Virus record (IMG/VR): IMGVR_UViG_3300045117_000178
Span: 1-59,847 of that record
Strand: one strand, 5' to 3'
Length of the DNA: 59,847 nucleotides
Source: a virus
Taxonomy: Duplodnaviria; Caudoviricetes
Part shown: one piece after another, positions 1 to 8,681 of the stretch
Layout: each line of letters opens with the position of its first letter
How positions within the stretch are numbered: the first letter of the stretch is position 1
Translations under genes and position numbers: made by a program
Notes under the pieces: model-generated
Database searches by the model: none
Seen by the model: the letters and a program-made list of their open reading frames with translations, nothing else
What the model was told of the DNA's origin: nothing

Positions 1-301
1 TGCTGTCCTGTCTGCCCACAAGGCCTGCTCGCAAGATCGCCTCACCCACGGGCTTGGATGCTATCTGGTAGATGAGCTCCATGAGGTGCTGGCTGATCTG
101 TTTGGCCACCTCGAGCGTGACGTCGGGGTTGGTGAAGTCCAAGGAGATGCCTTGGACCGGGATCGGTGCCTTGATCAAGTCCGTCTCCTTGCCTTGCCAC
201 CCGCAGTCGTTGCAGGTGGCATCATAGACCGATCCCTCTACCATCCTACCGCCTACGGTGACCTTTCCTGACCCGCACTGGGGGCAGATCGCTGTCAGCA
301 T
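1..301 (-). CDS. Zn-ribbon hypothetical protein, runs off the left edge
   Basis: Read manually: ATG 301 after GGAGGAAGG; MLTAICPQCGS...ATCNDCGW (two CxxC); no stop before position 1. Confidence 0.7.
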   Translation of the reverse strand, partial: MLTAICPQCGSGKVTVGGRMVEGSVYDATCNDCGWQGKETDLIKAPIPVQGISLDFTNPDVTLEVAKQISQHLMELIYQIASKPVGEAILRAGLVGRQDS

Positions 302-623
302 CCTTCCTCCGTTTGCCGTACAGCCGGCTCTTCACCAGCGATACAAGCGGTGTGATCCTGAACGGACCCTTTGCGACCTCCTTCATCAAGTACTCGAGAG
401 CCGCCTTGTCCCCCTTGCGTTTCTGCTCCGTGAGGTAGGGGTAGAACGCGTCGTTGAACTCTGACCAGGCGTCCTGCGTGTGCTTCCCCTCGGGGTCGAC
501 CGCAGACTGGACGATCGCGCGGGTCGCCTTGTACTCGGCTTCCTGGCGCATTCGCCAGACGAGCATCATGACTGACTCCACCGGGCTGCCTGGAGGTGGG
601 AACTCCCCCATCAGATCGTACAT
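246..623 (-). CDS. Probable -1 frameshift extension of the upstream protein (tail assembly chaperone GT-like)
   Basis: Lies in the -1 frame of 656..1765 and is open back to slippery heptamer A-AAA-AAT at 668-662. Confidence 0.6.
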   Translation of the reverse strand: MYDLMGEFPPPGSPVESVMMLVWRMRQEAEYKATRAIVQSAVDPEGKHTQDAWSEFNDAFYPYLTEQKRKGDKAALEYLMKEVAKGPFRITPLVSLVKSRLYGKRRKDADSDLPPVRVRKGHRRR

Positions 624-655
624 GATGTTGGCGCGTGCCCATCCCAGCGGAGTCT

Positions 656-1765
656 TCAGCCATTTTTTAAGGGCTCCAGATCCACGAACAGCTCACGCGT
701 CCGCTGGTCGAACCACGTGAAGTTGAGCCCGATCATGGCCAACATCTGCACGGCGTAGGACTTGACGATGTCGAGCTTGGCGTAGAACAAGTCCTTGCTG
801 AACCGACGCTTGTCGTCCAGGTGTGTGGGCAGCGGCCGTCCGTTGATGGCGTACAAGCCCGCGGCCAGCTGCATGATGCCGAGAAGATCGACGAGGTAGC
901 TGTCACCGCCCACGACGCCGTAGAGCTCGCGCTTGATGGCGAGATCCTCCTCGCCGCTAAGCGTCCGGTAGGTGATGACCAGCTTATCTCGAATAATCGT
1001 CACATCTTGCCGGATCTCACCTTCCTCGATGAGCTTCTCCACCGACAACGGAGAACACCGCGCCTCGATCTCCTTCTTCAGCTTCTCGATGCGGGCATCC
1101 CCGAGGCGGTCTTGCTCTGCTCGGATCTGGTCCAGAAGGCCAGAGAGGTCGGGCTGGTCCTTGAAGGGCGCGGCTGGGCCGGTCTCCTTCAACGCTTCCT
1201 TGTCCTTCTCCTCTTCCTTCTTCGTGACCTCTTCCTGGGCCTTGGCCGCGTCCGCTTGGAACTTTTGGAGGGCCTGGAGGCCAGCGACGGTTTCCTCGCT
1301 CAAGGTCATCTTCCTTTCTGGCTGCGCCCCGCGGTTGCGAAGAGCTGGTTGGTTGCCTGCGTACATCGACCCCACACCAGGCACGAAGCTCGGATCTCTC
1401 GCGGCCTCTGGAGGGAGGATACCTCCGAACGGCCCGGGCTTGACGGCCGGGCCCTTCCCAGTACGCAATGCGTACGGGTCCATCTGACCTGAGTTCCGAG
1501 CCTGCGCCTGCGCCGGGTCGTAGCGCGGGCTCAGCGGATTTGCCGGATCCCTCAACGCCATGGCCTGGTCGTGCATGGTCATGGGGTTGCCATCGGCGTC
1601 TGCCATGGGCTTGGCGTCCAATGGCGGGATGTGGACGGGTGGTGCGCCACCTAGTGGCTTACCACGCCCCTTGATCCTTTGCATGCGATCTTGAGCTGCC
1701 CGACGCCTGTTCTCCTGCTCGATTTGATCAGGAGTGAGCGGCTTGTTGAATTTCGTTGGGCCCAT
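656..1765 (-). CDS. Putative tail assembly chaperone (G-like) with long low-complexity N-terminus
   Basis: 369-aa ORF ending TTA AAA AAT GGC TGA; C-terminal region ITYRTLSGEED...LYAING resembles myophage tail/baseplate chaperones. Confidence 0.5.
   Translation of the reverse strand: MGPTKFNKPLTPDQIEQENRRRAAQDRMQRIKGRGKPLGGAPPVHIPPLDAKPMADADGNPMTMHDQAMALRDPANPLSPRYDPAQAQARNSGQMDPYALRTGKGPAVKPGPFGGILPPEAARDPSFVPGVGSMYAGNQPALRNRGAQPERKMTLSEETVAGLQALQKFQADAAKAQEEVTKKEEEKDKEALKETGPAAPFKDQPDLSGLLDQIRAEQDRLGDARIEKLKKEIEARCSPLSVEKLIEEGEIRQDVTIIRDKLVITYRTLSGEEDLAIKRELYGVVGGDSYLVDLLGIMQLAAGLYAINGRPLPTHLDDKRRFSKDLFYAKLDIVKSYAVQMLAMIGLNFTWFDQRTRELFVDLEPLKNG
662..668 (-). promoter_or_regulatory. -1 ribosomal frameshift slippery site A AAA AAT
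   Basis: XXXYYYZ heptamer in codon phase one codon before the stop; A-run conspicuous in GC-rich DNA. Confidence 0.6.
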
Positions 1766-1772
1766 TCGTACC

Positions 1773-2057
1773 TCAGAACAGCTTGGGTTGCTTGCGTGGG
1801 GGGATGAACTTCGGATCTCTTCTGCTGTCTCCTTTCACGAAGAACGCTTCGAGCATGCCGTGGAACTTGGCCCTGAAGGAATCCCTCCGCACATGTGGAA
1901 GCAGACCGTTCTGCGTACACCACTTGAAGAACTCGTCCACGCGGAACTTCATCCCGCGCGTCTCCCAGATCTCTGTCAGCTCATCGCCCGTGATGAAGGG
2001 CTTGGGAGGAAGAACTACTGCTTGCGGGATGTTGGTGCGCGCTGGATCATCGGCCAT
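1773..2057 (-). CDS. Hypothetical protein
   Basis: 94-aa ORF tiling with neighbours. Confidence 0.7.
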   Translation of the reverse strand: MADDPARTNIPQAVVLPPKPFITGDELTEIWETRGMKFRVDEFFKWCTQNGLLPHVRRDSFRAKFHGMLEAFFVKGDSRRDPKFIPPRKQPKLF

Positions 2058-2097
2058 GCCAGTAATACATACGTCTTATGTACGTTTGTCAAGGCCT

Positions 2098-2475
2098 TCA
2101 GATCAATGTGGTGAATTGCTTGTAGATCTGGGGAGTTTTGAGCAGGAAATCGCGCGGGTCGATCTCCCCGTGAGGGTAGGCGAGCACTACCGCGCTGACC
2201 GTGGTCTTGCCCCGGATGGCCTCGCTCCGCCCGTGAACGTAGAAGACGGGCTCCACACGTCGGCCCTCAACGTCCACGCCAGAGTAGTTGAAGAACGATC
2301 CGAGAGGCTTGCCCGCCATGTGCTCGAACAAGAAGATGCGATTGAGCTTCAAGATCGGGATGTGGAAGAGCTCGAGATGGGGGAGCCCCTCGAAGTCCAT
2401 CTCTACGATCTTGCCTCGCGCACAGCGCGCTACTTCTTCTCCGTCTTTGTAGACGACTGCTGATCCAAATTCCAT
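2098..2475 (-). CDS. Hypothetical protein
   Basis: 125-aa ORF, typical codon usage. Confidence 0.65.
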   Translation of the reverse strand: MEFGSAVVYKDGEEVARCARGKIVEMDFEGLPHLELFHIPILKLNRIFLFEHMAGKPLGSFFNYSGVDVEGRRVEPVFYVHGRSEAIRGKTTVSAVVLAYPHGEIDPRDFLLKTPQIYKQFTTLI

Positions 2476-2699
2476 CCTACCGGCCCTTTCGTTCTTGGTG
2501 GTGGTTCAGTGATCGCCTTCAGCCCTGGCCGCTGGCAGAAGATGCACCTGCCCCATTTGTAGTCGCCAGAGTAAGGGGTGATGACGGTTCCGATTGAGAT
2601 CTTGTACCCTTCGTGCATGACCAGCTCTTGCGTTCGATGGCAGTGGATGCACTCGAAGACAAGGCGATGAAGGTAGTCGACCTGCTTGGTCTTGGGCAT
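2430..2699 (-). CDS. Small Zn-binding protein
   Basis: CIHC and CIFC motifs; GGAG RBS. Confidence 0.65.
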   Translation of the reverse strand: MPKTKQVDYLHRLVFECIHCHRTQELVMHEGYKISIGTVITPYSGDYKWGRCIFCQRPGLKAITEPPPRTKGPVGWNLDQQSSTKTEKK

Positions 2700-2709
2700 G
2701 AGGTCTCCA

Positions 2710-2741
2710 AGCTAAGAAGAGAGGCAGCCTTCAGGCTACCG
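2710..2741 (-). terminator. Hairpin + TTAGCT terminator
   Basis: Minus strand GGTAGCC-TGAA-GGCTGCC then TCTCTTCTTAGCT; closes the unit starting at 4141. Confidence 0.6.
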
Positions 2742-2763
2742 CTCTCCCGATCGGCGGTCAACC

Positions 2764-3168
2764 TCACCACCTGATCCTCAACTTCTTCTCGTTGTCCACG
2801 GCCCATTCGTGCATGGCAGGTCCCTCAGAACCGCAGCTGTTGTGGCCGCCTCCCTGCCAGAAGGCATCGGTCAGCTCCTCCGGAACGGGGATCAACCTCT
2901 CCCACAAGCCGGGGTACGGATCTGGGTCGTCCGGCAGCCCGTCGTTGCCGTAGCAGCCGGACACCGTGACAGCGTGTGGGCCGATCTTGGCTTGTCCCAT
3001 CATGAAGTGCCCAAGCTGGTGAAGGGAGACCGAACGCACGCACGCTCGAAGTTCTCGATGATCGGCTTCCGGATGTGTGATGTGACTGAGGCTGAACACC
3101 ATGAGGAACGCGCCTTGGGCACGCTGCTCACCGTCTCTCGTGTACGAACGTTTGGATCTCAGGAACAC
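2764..3168 (-). CDS. Hypothetical protein
   Basis: 134-aa ORF in operon. Confidence 0.7.
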   Translation of the reverse strand: MFLRSKRSYTRDGEQRAQGAFLMVFSLSHITHPEADHRELRACVRSVSLHQLGHFMMGQAKIGPHAVTVSGCYGNDGLPDDPDPYPGLWERLIPVPEELTDAFWQGGGHNSCGSEGPAMHEWAVDNEKKLRIRW

Positions 3169-3461
3169 GAGGCACCCATGAGGTAGAGCCCGTCCTCCAC
3201 CGTTGGTCCGGGTATGGACATCGGCGTGTTGGGATGCACCTTGTCCAGCTCCGTGAGGAAGAACCCGTCACTCTGTCCGTCTGCGAACTTGACCGTGCAG
3301 TAGGGGTCTTCCCTGCTCTCACCGACTAGGCTGTGCTCGCCCCCATAGAAGATCTCGGTGATCGTGCCTACGTGACCCAGGTACCTGCGGTTGCAGAAAT
3401 CGTCGTCTCGACGGGCAACACGCACTCGATCGCGGTTGTTGAACTCGTACCACTTGGCCAT
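3159..3461 (-). CDS. Hypothetical protein, SH3/KOW-like
   Basis: Start reassigned to ATG 3461 (GGAGG RBS); DRVRV...GHVGTITEI pattern. Confidence 0.6.
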   Translation of the reverse strand: MAKWYEFNNRDRVRVARRDDDFCNRRYLGHVGTITEIFYGGEHSLVGESREDPYCTVKFADGQSDGFFLTELDKVHPNTPMSIPGPTVEDGLYLMGASCS

Positions 3462-3462
3462 C

Positions 3463-4101
3463 TCATTCCTCCACCATGACTTGAACGATCGTTTGTGTTC
3501 GGAACCTGCACTCTTTGAACAGACGCAGGTCTCTGTTCGACTCGTCGTTGGCAATGAAGGTCGTGGCCTCTTCCTTCGATCCGACTTTGACCACCTCGTT
3601 GCCCGGCGCGAGCACAAGGTATTGAGGCAGTAGACCAGGTGGTGGTACCGAGACCGTGATGCTGGCGGGCTTGTCAGGGAGCTTGACCTCTTTCAACGCG
3701 GAGAAGGCGGGATTGAATGGTGGCACGTCATCATCGTCAGCTCTGCCCTTCTCGATCATCCTCCGCGCATTGTCCCCATCGATGATGGTCACGATGGCCG
3801 GACGACGCTCATTGGTTCGTGGCTGCTTGATCAACGCCCACACAGAGCCAACGGCCAATGTCTGATCGAGGTGGTCGGTCAACTCCGCCAACTGGGCGGG
3901 CTCGCCCTTGGAGTCGATGATGTCACGTGGCTTCGTAGCCCCCGTGCTACTCTCGGCGGCCTCGTTGACCAGGCCGATGAGGTCTGGATTGCTGTACTGC
4001 ACGAAGATCCTCGCGCGCTCTCGAAGTCGTTCCAGCGCGTGCTCGGTGACGAAGAACTTGCCCTCCCGCCCGTTGTCGGGCGGCCTATGAGACATTCCCA
4101 T
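3463..4101 (-). CDS. Hypothetical protein
   Basis: 212-aa ORF with AAGGAGGAG RBS; VTEHALERLRER motif common in phage proteins. Confidence 0.75.
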   Translation of the reverse strand: MGMSHRPPDNGREGKFFVTEHALERLRERARIFVQYSNPDLIGLVNEAAESSTGATKPRDIIDSKGEPAQLAELTDHLDQTLAVGSVWALIKQPRTNERRPAIVTIIDGDNARRMIEKGRADDDDVPPFNPAFSALKEVKLPDKPASITVSVPPPGLLPQYLVLAPGNEVVKVGSKEEATTFIANDESNRDLRLFKECRFRTQTIVQVMVEE

Positions 4102-4136
4102 GCACTCCTCCTTGGAGCTAGGTGACCACTTGGACT

Positions 4137-4163
4137 CTTATACCAACGTGGGCGTGAAGATTC
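4137..4163 (-). promoter_or_regulatory. ATAAG-class promoter motif
   Basis: GAA-N19-ATAAG 36 nt upstream of the 4101 start. Confidence 0.55.
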
Positions 4164-4166
4164 GGA

Positions 4167-4487
4167 TCACTTCTTGGTCAGATCCGCCAACCCCTGGAGC
4201 AGCTGCTTGAGGTCGTCCATCGTGGGCGGCTTCCTCGAATCGTCAGGCTTCCACGGCGTGTTAGAGGGCTGGAGCCTGCCGGTAGCCAAAGCTACCCTCA
4301 CGCTCTCGACGTACATGGTGTAGAGGTGCTCGACCTGCTGACGAGCTCGTCGCTCGCACATCTTAGCCAGAGCCAGGCAGTTGCTGCAAACGATCACACC
4401 TTGGAACTCGTTCTTGCCCTTCGTCGGGTGACCGCAGTTGAGGCAGAGATGGAAGCCTGGTTGGAGAGCAGTGAGTTCAGACACCAT
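4167..4487 (-). CDS. Zn-finger hypothetical protein
   Basis: CLNC...CSNC. Confidence 0.65.
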   Translation of the reverse strand: MVSELTALQPGFHLCLNCGHPTKGKNEFQGVIVCSNCLALAKMCERRARQQVEHLYTMYVESVRVALATGRLQPSNTPWKPDDSRKPPTMDDLKQLLQGLADLTKK

Positions 4488-4914
4488 GCAGACCCGACCT
4501 CTGAAGTCGGCTCTCGATGTCCCTCTCTTCGGCCCCCTTCAGCTCGCCGCGGACGATCCGCTTCATGCCTTCACCCACTGGACCCTCCTGGTCCAACGGG
4601 TAGATGTAGGTAGGCTGGATCGTCATCTTGGGAAGGGGGCCAGGGCACATGTCGACGGTGGTGAAGAACGTGCGGCGCTGCAGATGCTGCAGAGGCGGCT
4701 CACCCTTGGCCCTGGCCTCCAGCAGCTCCTGCTGCGTGGGAGCGATGGGCAGATGCACGGTCGTGACCTGAAGGACATTCAGGAACGTGATGGGTGTGCA
4801 GGTCTCCATCATCGCGGCCAGGTCGTCGTAGGTCTTGAACGACTGACCGAAGTAGCGGTTGTTCGAATCGCCGAAGAAGAACATCCCCGGCTCTTCGTGC
4901 TCGATCTTCTCCAC
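4477..4914 (-). CDS. Hypothetical protein
   Basis: GGAGGTGA RBS before GTG; tiles with neighbours. Confidence 0.65.
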   Translation of the reverse strand: MEKIEHEEPGMFFFGDSNNRYFGQSFKTYDDLAAMMETCTPITFLNVLQVTTVHLPIAPTQQELLEARAKGEPPLQHLQRRTFFTTVDMCPGPLPKMTIQPTYIYPLDQEGPVGEGMKRIVRGELKGAEERDIESRLQRSGLHGV

Positions 4915-4917
4915 GAA

Positions 4918-5226
4918 TCACCTCCGCATGCCCATGTAGGGATTGTAGTGTTGCAGCTCCACGACCAGCGGCTGTTCGGAGAGCTGGTACTTCTCCACCT
5001 TCGACCCCAGCAGTCCGTCTGGCCCAAACAGCGTGCCGGTGCGGTCGAGGTTCCTCAGCGTGAACATGAGGATTCGCTTGTCGTCGATCCAGTGAACGTC
5101 CAGGACTTCGACAAGCCCTGACATTCGACTGATCGCAGGGAAGGCAGACACATGGAATCCGGACTTCCAGATGTTGGTGCCTTCGATCCACTTGGTCTCT
5201 TCCACTGTCGTCTTCACCTCCTGCAA
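4918..5226 (-). CDS. Hypothetical protein
   Basis: 102-aa ORF; start uncertain. Confidence 0.6.
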   Translation of the reverse strand: MQEVKTTVEETKWIEGTNIWKSGFHVSAFPAISRMSGLVEVLDVHWIDDKRILMFTLRNLDRTGTLFGPDGLLGSKVEKYQLSEQPLVVELQHYNPYMGMRR

Positions 5227-5247
5227 GAACCTAACAGATCTGCCGAG

Positions 5248-5275
5248 AAAAAGCCATCGGAGCTAAGGTTATAAG
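5248..5275 (+). promoter_or_regulatory. ATAAG-class promoter motif
   Basis: AAAAA-N18-ATAAG, then AGAAAGGAGGT RBS. Confidence 0.75.
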
Positions 5276-5297
5276 ATCAATAAGAAAGGAGGTCATT

Positions 5298-5636
5298 ATG
5301 GCCTTGCCTGCGATCGCAGCCGGAATCATCCGGCAGGCACTTCAGGTCAACTCTCGGCTGACGTACGACGAGTTCATCTCGGAGCACTCCGCGACTCTCC
5401 GCAAGGAGGGTCGTACGGTCTCGAAGAAGTACTTCGAGATCGTGCGGAGCCAGTTCAAGCCCTCCTCAGCCGCCCCAGCTCCTCCTTCCGGCATCCCTCA
5501 GTCGGTGTCGGAGGCCCTCGCCACCCTGGCCGGTGCGATGAAGGGCCTGGGCTGGGAATCGGTGGTCATCACCAACGGCAAGGTGACGATCACCGAGCGG
5601 CGCGTCCACACGCTGGACCTCTGCCCGCATGTCTAG
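5298..5636 (+). CDS. Hypothetical protein (putative early)
   Basis: Strong RBS; 112 aa. Confidence 0.8.
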   Translation: MALPAIAAGIIRQALQVNSRLTYDEFISEHSATLRKEGRTVSKKYFEIVRSQFKPSSAAPAPPSGIPQSVSEALATLAGAMKGLGWESVVITNGKVTITERRVHTLDLCPHV

Positions 5637-6054
5637 GGCTCGCCGCCTGACCCTGGTCGATCAAATCGACCTGGGGCGGGATGACGAGTACGATGGGCTC
5701 ACCCTGCGCAACTTCAGCGCGGGTGGACCCATCGTGGCGCAGCTCCTGGATGGCCAGATCCAGGAAAACGAGGTCATCGCCATCGTCTCAGCCGATGGCC
5801 AGCGCTGCCGCCTCGTCGCCGACCTTGCGGGGGTTGGCGGCGTCTTCCTTCCGCGGATCGACCCCGCCCAGAAGTGGTCGATCGGTCTCAAGGTGAACGA
5901 GTTCCTGCGTGGCATCGTCGATGGCCACGCAAGGATCAGAGAGCGCCTTGAGGAGGCCAGAGATCGCATCATCAGATCAATGGCCAAGTCAGAGGTCATG
6001 AAGGCTGCGCGCAAATCCAAAAGGAGGATCAGGAAGCGCAGCTACGAGCAGTAG
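5629..6054 (+). CDS. Hypothetical protein with basic C-terminus
   Basis: 141 aa, overlaps upstream gene end. Confidence 0.7.
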   Translation: MSRARRLTLVDQIDLGRDDEYDGLTLRNFSAGGPIVAQLLDGQIQENEVIAIVSADGQRCRLVADLAGVGGVFLPRIDPAQKWSIGLKVNEFLRGIVDGHARIRERLEEARDRIIRSMAKSEVMKAARKSKRRIRKRSYEQ

Positions 6055-6064
6055 ACCACAGCAG

Positions 6065-6111
6065 ACCCCTCCCTCGGGCCGCGGCCGAGGGAGGGGGTTC
6101 TACTCTTAGCT
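6065..6111 (+). terminator. Hairpin + TTAGCT terminator
   Basis: CCCCTCCCTCGG...CCGAGGGAGGGG stem then TTCTACTCTTAGCT. Confidence 0.7.
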
Positions 6112-6513
6112 TCCAAGTGGATCATACGCCCAGTAGGGCTTGAACTTCAGCACGCGCTTTGCCAGGCCCGTAGGCACACCGGTGAACTCGATGTTGCGAT
6201 CGTCCACGTAGCTGTCAGCGAGCAGCTTCTTGCAGCCTTCGCCGCCCGGCCAAGGATGGCCGTTGATGTAGTGGAAGGGCACGCCCAGCTCGCGCAGGTG
6301 GGCACGAAGCTCGGGCGTGTCGTTCCTGCACGTCCACACGACGATCTTGACGCCAGCAGCCTCCATCTCCCTCAGCTCCTCGATCATGCCCTTGAGCACG
6401 GGACCGAAGTCCGTCTGGCTGAAGTCGCCATCGTAGTCAAGGAGCGTGCCGTCGAGGTCCAGCGCACAGATCTTTGGCCTTCCCTGATCGAACTCTCGCA
6501 TTGTCTCGGGCAT
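6106..6513 (-). CDS. HAD-superfamily phosphatase
   Basis: DLDGTL motif I, WTCR motif II, K...YVDDR motifs III/IV. Confidence 0.8.
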   Translation of the reverse strand: MPETMREFDQGRPKICALDLDGTLLDYDGDFSQTDFGPVLKGMIEELREMEAAGVKIVVWTCRNDTPELRAHLRELGVPFHYINGHPWPGGEGCKKLLADSYVDDRNIEFTGVPTGLAKRVLKFKPYWAYDPLGS

Positions 6514-6532
6514 TCGTCGTTCTCCGGCCGCC

Positions 6533-6561
6533 ATTCTACGGCGCGGCCACGGCCGCGGCAA
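6533..6561 (-). promoter_or_regulatory. sigma70-like promoter
   Basis: TTGCCG-N17-TAGAAT upstream of HAD gene. Confidence 0.5.
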
Positions 6562-7306
6562 CTGCGAGTGCGGTGGCCGCGTCCTTCGACATCTTCAGAG
6601 GCGGCAGCTTGTCCAGGCTGTAGGGCTTGCCGAGGTCGGCGATGACCGAGAGCAGGAGCTCCTCATTCTCAGTCAGGTCGGTCTTGACCTGCTGGTACTC
6701 CTGCTCGAGCTTCTTGCTCTGCTCGAGGACGGCTTCGAGCGCCTCGCCGTTATTCCCGTACTGGATCTTGCGAATCCGCTCGTTGTACTCGCGGCTGATG
6801 GCCGCGGTCGCCTCACGGATCTTGGACTCCTTCTCGGCCTTGAGCCTGGCGATCTCGTCCTCGTTGACCTTCTGCTGGGTCCTCCGCAGCCGGCCGGCCT
6901 GGTCGCTCAACGGCCCCATGAGTCGGGCGACCTCGAGCTCCTTGGCCCGGATGCCCTCGGCCGTCTGCTTTCGCAGGACTTGCTGCGCACGATGGAGGTA
7001 GGCACCGACCACGTAGTTGATCCCGTGGACGAAGGAGTCCTTGTTCGGTTGGTCGGTGCCGATGAGCGCCTGGATCTCCTCCGGCCAGCCGCTGAAGACC
7101 TTGAGCATCTCCTCAGCCACTGCCGAGATCACCTCCTCCTTCTTGGCCGCCGCCTTCTTCTCGTCCTTCTCTTCCTGCGTGGGCACGCCCTTGAGCAGCT
7201 CCTGGCGCACCTTCTCGCGCTTCTTCTCGCGCTCGCGCTCCTCCTCCTTCTTCTTCTTCTTGCCGGCCTCTGCCTCGGACTGGTCCTTCGCCTTCTCCTT
7301 GGTCAT
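6536..7306 (-). CDS. Coiled-coil hypothetical protein
   Basis: 256 aa, K/E-rich, GGAGGAGG RBS. Confidence 0.75.
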   Translation of the reverse strand: MTKEKAKDQSEAEAGKKKKKEEEREREKKREKVRQELLKGVPTQEEKDEKKAAAKKEEVISAVAEEMLKVFSGWPEEIQALIGTDQPNKDSFVHGINYVVGAYLHRAQQVLRKQTAEGIRAKELEVARLMGPLSDQAGRLRRTQQKVNEDEIARLKAEKESKIREATAAISREYNERIRKIQYGNNGEALEAVLEQSKKLEQEYQQVKTDLTENEELLLSVIADLGKPYSLDKLPPLKMSKDAATALAVAAAVAAP

Positions 7307-7478
7307 GTTCCTCCTCCATCAGCTCCGCGACCCGGAGCAGTCGATGATACTTCGTGTAGAGATCGGTCACCAGCCAGTACAACGTCGGATCTTGATTGCC
7401 GCGTGTACGAATGAACAACTCCTCGAACCGACTGTTGGTGGCCGGCTGATGGACCTCCAAGAACTTCTTGAGCTTCAC
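7113..7478 (-). CDS. Hypothetical protein (3' half overlaps next gene)
   Basis: GTGA-coupled start fills the 7306-7475 gap; long overlap lowers confidence. Confidence 0.4.
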   Translation of the reverse strand: MKLKKFLEVHQPATNSRFEELFIRTRGNQDPTLYWLVTDLYTKYHRLLRVAELMEEEHDQGEGEGPVRGRGRQEEEEGGGARAREEAREGAPGAAQGRAHAGREGREEGGGQEGGGDLGSG

Positions 7479-7987
7479 TTCCCGACGATCCGATGCAGAG
7501 AGTTGTCGTCCGTCGCGAGCTTGCGTTGGATGCTGGCGACGGTCTCCAGCAAGCCGTACACGTAGTTCTCGAGCTTGGCCGCGGCCGGACGCTCGAACCT
7601 CTCAGCCATCTCGAACAGCTTGCTGAACGGCACGAGATGCCGACAGGCCGCATGGCACTCGAGGATGGGCCTCTGGACCTCCAGCAGGTGCACGATGTAT
7701 CCCATCTCCTCGGCCTGGGTCTTGAACCACTTGTACTCCCACTGCTGGGTGTTGGTGTTGTCCACGATGATCAGGTCGGCGTCGTTCTCGATGAACTGGG
7801 TGAAGCGGTCGTGCGTCCACTGCACGGCCTCGTTGATGCGCTCCTTGTCGAACTTGTACGGCTGACCGTCCCTGGTCCAGAAGTCGTCCATCGAGACGAT
7901 GAACGCCTCGGCCTTGTCCCTGAAGAGCTTGGCCACCGTGCTCTTGCCCGAACCCGGCAGTCCCCTCATGATGATCACAGTCCTCAT
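7475..7987 (-). CDS. P-loop kinase, AAA_33/polynucleotide-kinase (N4BP2-like)
   Basis: MRGLPGSGKST, SMDDF, IIVDNTN..WE motifs; AAGGAG RBS. Confidence 0.85.
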   Translation of the reverse strand: MRTVIIMRGLPGSGKSTVAKLFRDKAEAFIVSMDDFWTRDGQPYKFDKERINEAVQWTHDRFTQFIENDADLIIVDNTNTQQWEYKWFKTQAEEMGYIVHLLEVQRPILECHAACRHLVPFSKLFEMAERFERPAAAKLENYVYGLLETVASIQRKLATDDNSLHRIVGK

Positions 7988-8184
7988 AGCACACTCCTTG
8001 GCGCTGGTCTCCAGTTGTTGCTGATGTGGACCGACGACAGCGACCACTCACCGTGAGCGCGGTCCTCTTCCACCTTGGCTACGGCCACCTCGATCGCCTC
8101 CCTGAAGAGCGCTGCGTCCGGCCGGTTGTCCTTGGTGTCCATCTCGACGTCGATGTTCACCGACATCTGGAGCCTGGCGATCAC
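7984..8184 (-). CDS. Small hypothetical protein
   Basis: GTGA overlap with upstream stop, GAGG RBS. Confidence 0.45.
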   Translation of the reverse strand: MIARLQMSVNIDVEMDTKDNRPDAALFREAIEVAVAKVEEDRAHGEWSLSSVHISNNWRPAPRSVL

Positions 8185-8666
8185 AGAGCACCTCGTATCA
8201 CGTAGGTCTTGTTGAACAGCGGGCAAGCGAGCGGGCGGCCACCGTTCATGACACACTTCAGCTCGCCCTCGTCGACCCCCATGCAGGTGTTGTCCGTGTC
8301 CCGGAACGGGCACCCGCGGCAGTCATCCACCACGATCTCCTCTTTCCTGATGCGCCTCTTGGCCGGCCGGCGCTCGAGCGCCTGCAGAATGGGATTGTCT
8401 CGCAGGCCCCACTCGATGGAGCTGGGGTTCTGGGACACCCTGCAAGCACGCTCGCCGACCTCCTCGAGCAGACCCTGGTCGTGAAGCTCGCTCACGCGCT
8501 TGTGGGCGTTGACGTCGTCCATCTGGTGGTCGAGCTCGCGCTCGGTGAGGGTCTCCGGATGGACGTTGATGAAGTGGCGCAGGACCTGGGCTCGAGCTTC
8601 TGTCAGCTGCCCGCTCTCCAAGATCCTGATGTAGGCCTTGATACTGGTCTGCCTGATCCTCCGCAC
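8181..8666 (-). CDS. Winged-helix DNA-binding protein with Cys-rich C-terminus
   Basis: LTERELD...AHKRVSELHDQGLL pattern; CRGCPF...C...CP. Confidence 0.65.
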   Translation of the reverse strand: MRRIRQTSIKAYIRILESGQLTEARAQVLRHFINVHPETLTERELDHQMDDVNAHKRVSELHDQGLLEEVGERACRVSQNPSSIEWGLRDNPILQALERRPAKRRIRKEEIVVDDCRGCPFRDTDNTCMGVDEGELKCVMNGGRPLACPLFNKTYVIRGAL

Positions 8667-8681
8667 CAGGGCACTTCCTTT

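Noticed and set aside
2060-2092. TTGACA, ATAAG and TACATA-N5-TATGTA upstream of the 2057 gene
   Set aside because: No properly spaced -10 and no A-run at -21; cannot be assigned to either promoter class
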